The position numbers and the translations under genes are program-made. From Octopus vulgaris (Eukaryota): 64,000 nt of DNA. The notes under the pieces are model-generated. The model ran no database searches, was not told the DNA's origin, and saw nothing but the letters and a program-made list of their open reading frames with translations. Of the stretch, positions 54,550 through 64,000 are shown one piece after another. The stretch is from positions 38,440,001 to 38,504,000 of the forward strand of contig OX597817.1 in the NCBI GenBank assembly GCA_951406725.2. Direction: 5' to 3'. The number at the start of each line of letters is the position of its first letter. Positions within the stretch are counted from its first letter, which is position 1.

Positions 54550-54889
54550 CAGAGAGACAGAGAGGGAGAGTAAGAGATAGATAGAACTAGAGAATGAGAG
54601 GGTGACAGCTAGAAAGATCAATGTACATGACAAATCACCGATGCAGATCAATTTGTGCAAATAGAAAGAAAAAAAAGAAAGAAATTCTGCACACTGCCAG
54701 AAACCACAAAGCATATTTCGAAAATTGAAAAAAAAAATAGAATAAAGAAATAATTAATAAACCGTATATATGTGTGTGTGTATGTATAAGAAAGAAAGAA
54801 AAGAAAGGAAAAGGGTTGGAAATGAAAAAGAGAAGTGAGAAAAAGAAAGAAAAAGGTAAGAAATAAGGTATCAGTGAAAACGCACGTAC

Positions 54890-54959
54890 CTTGACAAGCG
54901 TTGCTAAAATAAACGGGACATATTGGACGGTTGAGGAGCATTGTGAGAAAATGTTCAAT
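54890..54959 (-). CDS. Candidate 70-nt internal exon of an unidentified host gene
   Basis: Acceptor CTTTGTGCCTTTGCAG| and donor AAG|GTACGT; two frames are open (IEHFLTMLLNRPICPVYFSNACQ or LNIFSQCSSTVQYVPFILATLVK); no other copy noticed in the window. Confidence 0.45.
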
Positions 54960-55089
54960 CTGCAAAGGCACAAAGTAACACAGCAGTCTATCTAACCATG
55001 GTCCACCTACACAAAAATAGCCGTTGCTGTTGGTTACCGTTCACATTTTCGTACGTTCGTCATAGTTACCTTTCCATGAGATGATATTC

Positions 55090-55357
55090 CTGGTTGTCTG
55101 CCGGATTAGCTAACTGGTTAGTGGGCTTGTCTTGTAATATTGGCTCATTGGTTAGTTTGGTTATCTATCGGATTAGCTAAGTGGTCAGTTTGGTTATTTA
55201 CCGGATTAGCAAACTAGTTGGTTAGGTTGTCTGTCGGATTAGCTAACTGGTTAGTTAGCGAATCTATGTGCCGGATTAGCAAACTGGTTAGTTTGGTTGT
55301 CTATCAGATTAGCTAACTGATTAGTTAGGTTGTCTAGGAGATTAACAAACTGATTAT
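55090..55357. repeat. About 33-bp minisatellite, about 8 copies
   Basis: Unit approximately TTGGTTGTCTACCGGATTAGCTAACTGGTTAGT. Confidence 0.9.
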
Positions 55358-55904
55358 TTTATTGGTCAAAGGGTGGAAAGTTATCGGAGACAATAAGAAA
55401 AAGAGGAGCAAAATAAAGGTGTGAATCTGGAAAAGTGAGGAAGAGTTTGGCAGTCTCTTACAAACAAAAGCTCATCCACCCCGAGTGCTTGGGTCTCGCG
55501 ATTGTTCGAACCTGCTTGAGATGCTGAATTCGCTAGAGAACGAGAAATACTGAGCTAATTAAAGAGGAGATGGGTGATGGTTTATATTAAACACAATACA
55601 GGTTTCAAACTGTAGGTAAAAAGAACACCACAATAAAGTCTATGTACAATTACAGAACCACACTCCAGAGAATGTGGGAAGTTTCACGGTTCTCTCGAAC
55701 TAGAAGACGCCGATGTGTAAATTCGGAAGAATTGCTTTATGGAAGGGATCAGAGTTGTGGACTGATCTAGGCGGCCAGTCCTTTTCCACTCCTTTTTGGA
55801 TACTTTATCCTTAATTGTATTGGTTTCGGGTGACAGATTTTAAAATTATGTTTGTATGCATGTATACATATATACAAAAAGACATGCATATTTACAAACA
55901 GATA

Positions 55905-55964
<60 letters not shown>

Positions 55965-56136
55965 TATACATATACATATATGCATATCTATGCATATATA
56001 TACATATATGCATATATATGCATCTATGCATATATATATTTACATATATATATGCAATTATATATGTATATATTTATATGCATATATGTATATATATATA
56101 TGCATATATATGTATATATAGGCATAGATATATATG

Positions 56137-56308
<172 letters not shown>

Positions 56309-56326
56309 GTGTATTTCGTTTTTTTC

Positions 56327-56412
56327 ACTTTCCTGAGGAGAAGATTGCATTGTTTATACCATTTATTCTTTTGAATAATATCAGTGGAATTTTCGAAACA
56401 TGTGTCGAAAGT
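56327..56412 (+). ncRNA. Type I hammerhead ribozyme motif, canonical core
   Basis: Stem I ACTTTC/GAAAGT; CTGAGGA (56333-56339); stem II GAAGATT/AATTTTC with inner hairpin TTATTC-tttt-GAATAA; GAAAC-atgt-GTC with predicted cleavage after 56406. Confidence 0.85.
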
Positions 56413-56453
56413 AAAAATATTTGATTACACTTGCGTTAAACTCCATTTATTTA

Positions 56454-56502
<49 letters not shown>

Positions 56503-56599
56503 TAAAAACGGTAAGATAACAAAAGAAAGAAAGAGACCTCAATATTATGTAAATAGAGGTAATTTATCTGTAAAATAATATGTGACAATTATTCAATAC

Positions 56600-56668
56600 C
56601 CAAGATAAAACTCTGAGTTTCGGATGCCGAGGTGGAAATCCCCAACACCATCTCTTCGGTTATCTTGG
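56600..56668 (-). ncRNA. Hammerhead ribozyme motif with variant CCGAAGA core
   Basis: Stem I CCAAGATAA/TTATCTTGG (9 bp); CCGAAGA; stem II GATG/CATC(C); GAA-ACTC-a-GAGT-T palindromic stem III. Confidence 0.65.
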
Positions 56669-56711
56669 CCATCTGAAAAACGGCATCCGAAAAACTCACA
56701 TATTATTTACA

Positions 56712-56774
<63 letters not shown>

Positions 56775-56871
56775 ATCCAAACATGAAAACACAAAGAGAA
56801 AACACAACAACGCGAGGACGTGGAACAAATATAGTATTATTGGACGCTCAGGAAGTAAGGGAAGAAGGAGG

Positions 56872-56906
56872 GTTTTACGTTTCGAGCGGAGCTCTTCGTC
56901 AGAAAC
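56872..56906 (-). ncRNA. Minimal hammerhead ribozyme motif within module 56771-56977
   Basis: GTTT-CTGACGA-A-GAGC-tcc-GCTC-GAAACGTA-AAAC. Confidence 0.8.
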
Positions 56907-56973
56907 ATAGGAAAAGGAAAGATCCAGAGAAGGGAAGACGGAGGAAAAAAAATCGCCAACGGTACACACGCGG

Positions 56974-57031
<58 letters not shown>

Positions 57032-57039
57032 GCATGTAT

Positions 57040-57451
57040 ATACATCTTTCTTTCCTGCACAGACGTTCTAAGGACTGGACATCTCCCATCTCTCTCTCTC
57101 TTCTATCTTTTCTCTTTTCAAAGAAAATATTTCCCTCAGCGTTCACTATTTCTCCCTCGTTCAGGTCTAACGACCCTCCATGTTTGTTTTAGTTCGGTTT
57201 CCCTGTATGTCTCCACTGTCCTGTTCCTAACTTTGACCCTCCATGAAATCCCAAATTTTATTTTGGCATTTGTGGAAGCGGCTGTCTTCGAAGACTCATA
57301 TTCTCGTTGATTGCCCGAGAAGGGGAGTAGATGGATGGCCGACAACTGATGAAGGGGCGTTCTTTGTATTATTTTTACTCTCGTTGTTTGCGTATTTGGC
57401 TTATTTGTTTTCGTATTTCATGTTGATTGCTGTTGGTGACGTCCTGTTCCC
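57040..57451 (+). mobile_element. TA-embedded element, same family as 32403-32938
   Basis: Reverse-complement similarity to 32403-32780. Confidence 0.75.
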
Positions 57452-59499
57452 ATATATATATATATATATAACAATTTGTATAAAATATTTGAATTGAATT
57501 TATAATTGTTCAATTCATTGTTTTGTTTTTCCATTTCTGACTTTAATATATATATATATATATGTATACACACACATCCAGATGTTTTGTATTCCCGTTT
57601 TTATACGGCACAAATTTTATTGTTTCGATGGACACACTATTTTGACCAATAAAATGGATAATTATTGCTGTTGTTGTTGTTGTTCAACTTCCTCTACTGT
57701 ATTCCTTCAGTTTACCTCCGATTTATTATCTCCGTAAGTTTCACTTTTTTTTAAAATCAATTTTGAGGAATTAACCTGCAATATATATTAGGGTGCAGTC
57801 TTACCTTTTATATTGGTCCCAAAGTAGAAATGACTCTACGTCAAAACATTCACGATTATTTGAAAAACAAAAGCCATAATTTCAATTTGAAAATGAAAAA
57901 TGTAGCTTCCAACGATGGCATCAGAATTATCTCAGTGGTAGATGAGACAGAGGTCACAGGTAGCTTAAAACGACTCCAAAAGAGTTTACGAAAACAACAA
58001 CAAACAGCATCATGGTAACAGTTATCACTGTTGTTGCCATGGTAACCAAAAGCATTGACATTACTGTCAAAGCAATTTTGACATCACTGTCAAAACAGTT
58101 AGTTACTACAATGAGGGAGCACCTACGGGGAGTGGGGCACTTGAAAAGAAATAACAGCACAATCTCCTTCAATTTATACTTTACAGTCTTTAAAATGCGA
58201 AACAGTAGACGTTCATTCCTTCAATGGCAGAACAGAAGCTGCTAGAAAATACAAGAGTGAGATCCCTCATCCTGGGATGGTGACATTTCCTGCCAAGGAT
58301 GTAAAGAACACAAAAAAAAATAATGATAATAAGGACAATTTTCTATAGGTGCATCAATCATAGACACCAGAAGTTGCAGTGTCTTACTCCAACGCAAATC
58401 AAAAGATGCCTGCAAGAAATATGATATGTAACGAAAGGTAGACAATTCAGGACAGTGTTGACCATCTGCCACAAGTGAGCAGAAAATTTGAACAGTGGTC
58501 ACAATCACACGTACGTCTCAGGAATTCGTTATTCGTTATAATTCCACTTTGTATGGGGTGACACATAATTAAACTCAAAGACATTAGCGTGTCACTCAAC
58601 AGGAACAAAAGCAATATGATGTCACTAGGAGAGGGTCACAATGAAATCATTCCTAACAAAACTGAATGGAACATTAGCAGAGTTTCAAGTATTGGCCGCA
58701 GATCTCTCTCGAATCAGCTTTTCAAACTAGTGACCGTTTGTGTATCGACAGAAGCTGGGCGCGATTAGAATAGAATCGACTCATGTAGAAACTGTGTAGA
58801 CAAACAATAATTCATCCAAGTTGTACTTAGAGTCCAAGTGCAAACCTTCCTGACATCCACGAATATTTGTTTCGATGCGTATGAATAGCTGTGAGTGATC
58901 GTCGAGAGCAAGAAAACTAAATGTATTTTTCAGTGAAACAGATAGATTATCTCAGAGCTTTTTTACACAATAAAGAATATAGCGTCTAAGCGTCTTTTTC
59001 TGCCGCTGCTCCCACACTCTAATTGCTGCAACCACATCAGCAGCGGCAGTTACAGTGGCAGCTACAGAAACCAAAAACAATAACTTTCACTCAAATAGTG
59101 CTTTTGAAAAAATGTCCCTACCATAAATAAAAGCGGAAAGGAATGCCAGAAAACATGGTCATAACCGCAACATCATCCGTCTCGGATAAGGAAGGAGCCA
59201 CGGACAAATAGTCAAAAACGGGGTGGCTGAAAAAGCTGAATAGTGGGACAGGAGAAACCAGAGGTTTGATACTAAGTTTTCGTAGCTCCAAGACCAACAA
59301 AATCCAAAGTGGCACAAACAGACCACTACCACCACCCACTAACAACAACAATAACAACGATAACGAAGGGCACTCTCAACAACAACAGAGTAATTCACAG
59401 CAACAAGAGCAACAGGAACAACTGCAGCAGTAACACAAAAAGGAAATTACAACAAGCACCAATAGCATAATATCTACTACAAAAACAGCAGCATCAAGA

Positions 59500-61200
59500 G
59501 TGAAGGTATGAAAATGAAGCTAGAATTGGCTAACATCTACAACAGGTGGTGGGTATCAGTAAAGAGGAAAATTAAAGCAGCATTCAAGAAATTTAGTAAA
59601 GTAGTTATAGAGAATAGTCGAACAGAGGAGGGGGCTAATCGTTTGATTAGAAGGGGTGCATGGAAGAAACATCATATACAGCGTGCTAGAGATGAGCTTG
59701 ACTAACATTTCGTCGACTCGAAAGACAGGATAATTCGTTGTTAGTTTTAGATTGCATACATTGAAACGATGACACGAAAGCTGTTTGAAGTGAGAGAGAA
59801 GTGGTTGGTGTGATAACAAAGCTACGTCTCGATATATGAGGGACTGTACAGGGCTCATTGCAATCCAGTTCCAAGATGTACGTTGTTTTCTAGTAGCATT
59901 TAGCCGAACCTTTCATGAGAAGCGATAGACTAGAGACGGTGAGCTTCGATGCATACCTCGAATATCTGACACAACTCTCGACCGAAAACTCAGAGTGATA
60001 CGAAAAGCCGATTTCAGGAGAAGAAATGTTGCACATGGTGACCCACTATGTGAGGAACAAATCGCCGTGAATGAATTGTCTCGTCTACGAGATTTATTGC
60101 TACTGTCAGACTTGTTCGCTACTGTCTTAGCAGGAGTATATGGCAACTGACAACAGACTGGAGCATTCCCAGTTCTGTGAGTCTAGGAATGATGATAATG
60201 CTGAGGAAGGATTTGAACAAATTTCAGGCCTAGTAACTTTACAAAAACGTCAGTAAAGATCCTTGCTAAGTGGTTGGTGCTTATCGTTGGTAGAGTAGGC
60301 AAAGATACGATCACTTGCAGATCTATGCACAACCTCCGATATATTGTAGGATAGGTCGGATATAGATCTAGCTTCGATGATACACTTATTAATTTGGATC
60401 AGTACAAAGTTTAGGAAAGAGTTAGTCGACTATCGCTACTTGGCAGCCATACAAAGAACGAATTTCGGTCCCTTCTTCTGTGATAAGATCGCTACAATGT
60501 ACAATGCCATCGTTTTCGTGGTCAAACGTAACATTCACCTCTTGGAGCCGTTTTGCATTGGATGTCAAGGATGTCAAGCTTACAATGCAAAACGATTTCA
60601 AGAGGCGAATGTCTTATATGTGCTGACAGTGGGGTTGTTGTTTCGAAAGATATAGACATTGAAAAGTATCCCACTTGAACAAGGGCACAAAAGAACCATG
60701 TCTACTGTGCAGACAACTTCTGTGTATTTACAAACGATATCAGACACTTCAGAAATTAAGGTGTTAAGCACCAAACTGGAAGAGTACCTTGAGATAGCGA
60801 AGGTGCGCATTGATGGGTTTTCAAATTATCATCTGAAGAAAGTCCATTTGGATAGTGCCGGATTCTATCGCTGGACTGAGTGCCAGATTAAGTGCTCAGA
60901 GTCTGGTTCGGACTAGATATCAAACTAGAGAAAACTGAAAAGATGTCGGGTGTGGGATGGCTAGTCTCGTTAAGAAAAGGACAAATATGTCCCTAAAAGG
61001 TCGGACAGAAGTTGTTAACGCCTATATCGCCACGTCGTAACTTGTTCCAAGAAACACACGACTAGAATGGAATGTGCGCTTTCTTGTGGAAGTAACATGT
61101 TCCGCCAGTCAGGAGGTCAGTCTGATACTAAAAGATTTCGGAATGCTGTGGTTGATGATACACAGATTCAACAACCACAGCATATCAAAGCTTCAGTATT
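59500..61200 (+). mobile_element. Decayed L1/Tx1-clade LINE ORF2
   Basis: Residual INLDQ.K...VDYRYLAA, FGPFFC..IATMYN, QGC, LYVLT, VL.VWFGLDIKLEK and SLKGRTEVVNAYIA. Confidence 0.75.
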
Positions 61201-61649
61201 GAGGCTGATGCACCTGCTAATTCCGTACACCATCACTACAACTACTACTACTACTACTATGATGACGACAACGACGACGACAGAGAACAAGTATAGTCGC
61301 CGTTCGTAAGACACGTTCTTTAGCTGCTTGTCTCCATGATCGAGCGGCGGCATGGGTAAAGGGCAAACCAAAGTTGGACGTTTGATGTCTGGAATATTTG
61401 ACAAGCGTTCACTGCATTCTATCATTGAAAAATTGTCCACACTCTTCCCCATACACTCTCAACAAAACTTCTAAACTATCATACATCATGTTCCCGGTCT
61501 CACCACCAAGGTCATCATGTGCATAAACTCCTCAGATCATAAGGGAGCCTCTTCACAGTCGCTCGACCTTCAGAAATGATAGCTAAATCTACCTCAAATT
61601 CATACAAAATTAGGGAACACATTGGTTATATGAGGTTTTATATAGTCTG

Positions 61650-62450
61650 AAAGAAAGAGGCATGGTGGTTACGGCAAGAAAGTCTATAATCGTTGGTCTA
61701 CCTAATCTGACAGAGTTATAAACAATTCCCATCGTTTCAACACATCAAGGTGGCAGGTTTTCAAAGGCTTCAACCATCTTTAAAAGGAATTTATCCCTGT
61801 CTAAAGGAGAGAAAAAAAGTGTTCCATCACCAAGGAAGATAATTCTTTGATCTTACCGGCTATCACCCTATTACTTTCATACTATCACAAATGTAATGAA
61901 AACAGTTGTGAACAATACCTTCAATACCTAAGATCTCTATCTATCTCCCTCCCTCTCTCTCACACACAAACTTATACACACACAAACACACACACATCTA
62001 CACGCATTCATTCACCACTCAGTCGCTCACTCTACTTCCCTGTCTCCTCAGTGAACTCTAACATGGTTTCCCTAAAGGCTGAGATACCGAAGGCTTACTC
62101 ATATATTACTCAGCAATGATCTTTCGCCCTTGAGAAATTCCATGGGCGCAATGCTGTTGACGTCAGTAACGCCTTTGAACCGTATCTGGTATATGGTCCT
62201 CCCTACTATCTACATTGTCTCTATAGACTACATTAGTCTCTGATTTCTTAGACTGGAAGCTTTTTTTTTTTGCAGACCGCTGTATTATGATCTCTCCAAC
62301 CCACGTTCTATCACGTCTAATGTACTTCAGGGCTTCCTCAATGATATCTCCTCGTAGTCTTCTTTCTGTATATTATTGATCAAACTGCCGTCACAGCCAA
62401 CAATGCAAACTTCTAAATACACGATATTCTCATTTCAGTCTTCCTTAATT
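61650..62450 (+). mobile_element. Very decayed LINE RT remnants
   Basis: Weak YHPITLL (YRPISL-like) and ITSNVLQG (SGVPQG-like) motifs. Confidence 0.35.
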
Positions 62451-62972
62451 TTTCATTAACCCCAAACCCTCTAACCAGATGTGCATTATGCTATCCTTCT
62501 TCCATGCAATAAAAATATGTGACTGCAACCCTACGGAACGCTCTCTCGACTTTTTTATTTTTTTCGTACAAAACATCAAGCTGCCAAAGTTCAAGCTGAA
62601 CATCAGCTGTAATAATCTGAGACAGCCTGCAAGAATCATAGCTACTTCCTTTACATTTCTCTAAAATATAAAAAATAAAACCCATACGTTTTATTTTCAA
62701 TATTTTCAATATTTCTCATAACGTCTTACACAACACAATTCTGGGAAACATTCTTACAAATTTGCTCAGATACAAGTCTTTTCTCTAATTATTTTGTTTC
62801 CTCCACGTTCAAAGTTTATTATTCTGCAAGTTAAGCAACTACTCCCCACTAGTACAATCTCCGTACACTAAATACTGACCTATTATCTTCTCAGAAATTT
62901 TTTTATTTTTTCCATGAATCTTTTCTGCGAAAGGACTGATAACACGAATGAGGGCTAATGTGAAACAGACTT

Positions 62973-63102
<130 letters not shown>

Positions 63103-63970
63103 AGGTGCGGATTTATGGGAAATGACAGTCAACAGAGAAACATGTCTCAAACGGGTACACAAGTACAAGAGTAGCGCTGATATCAAAGTAGGTTTACACA
63201 AACATCAATAACATTCTGAAGATTAGAAATCTTATATAACCAAAACGAATTTTTGTTAACTTATAAACAGAAATAATGAATTAAATCAAGGATAGACTTA
63301 CAAATATACCTAAATCAATAGATTTTTTTTTCTATTTAAATGGTAGGAAAGTTAAGGAAGTAGAAGCATCAGACAAAATACACTAAAACTTATTCTGAAT
63401 GAAATGCAAAGTATAAAATAAATGACGTCAATAACTAAGACGTGCCAGTAATATCATTTACTCCACTGGTTGTGACTGTCAACTGATGAAATTTGATTAA
63501 AAGCTGTGGGTATATATTTCTCTCTATCACACTCCTTAAATTTTCCAAGTATTTTTTATGTTCTAGCCACAGGTGGAATGATTATCACTACTATCTTTTT
63601 GCACAGGAGGTGATATGAAAAAAAATATGTATAAACTATTCATATACTAGATGTTATATACATGCATACACACACAAATACATAAACACACATACACAAA
63701 TACACATACACACACATATACACGCGCGCGCGCACTACCAGTAACGTAACTAGAGGTGTGCCTTTCAGGGCAATTCTTGAGATTGCGGCACCCCCATCCA
63801 CACCTCGGAACTCCTAGCCTATATAAGCTTACACAGCAGACCCAAAAGTGCCAGCTCCCTGTAAAAGTGTCACTTGTCCACCACCTCACCTGCGTTACTG
63901 TAACATCCTGCCTCTTTACCACCTTTTTAACTTTCGCACTCTCCTCTCACTTTGCATTGTCCTTTACACA

Positions 63971-64000
63971 CAGGGTCTCCAACCACCGGGCTGTGGATCA
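63971..64000 (+). mobile_element. Possible left end of a hAT element running off the window
   Basis: CAGGGTCTCCAACC resembles Charlie-type hAT termini. Confidence 0.35.

Noticed and set aside
55090-55357. CRISPR-like periodicity
   Set aside because: Head-to-tail units without unique spacers, eukaryotic context and no cas genes
57830-58900. Possible ORF1 of the downstream L1/Tx1 element
   Set aside because: Position fits, but the sequence is too decayed to support the call

Overview
AT-rich animal genomic DNA, most likely an octopus/cephalopod intron or intergenic region (inferred from the SINE families and very dense microsatellites). There is no intact protein-coding ORF, and nearly all track ORFs are microsatellite artefacts. 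The window is a mosaic of tRNA-derived SINEs, decayed LINEs (CR1/L2-like, RTE, R4/Dong, L1/Tx1), DNA transposon remnants (mariner, Tigger/pogo, MULE, Helitron) and one candidate 70-nt host exon on the minus strand. The most notable signal is a set of short non-coding modules sitting in (TA)n/(CA)n microsatellites that carry type I hammerhead ribozyme motifs: six with intact or near-intact cores and several degenerate ones, from several unrelated sequence families. Some modules are long fold-back palindromes (a 449-bp one holds two mirror-image hammerheads), and three different hammerheads cluster within 600 bp at 56.3-56.9 kb. They resemble Penelope-like-element terminal repeats or retrozyme-like elements. 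All structures were read by eye; no folding or database search was run, and element boundaries are approximate unless stated.
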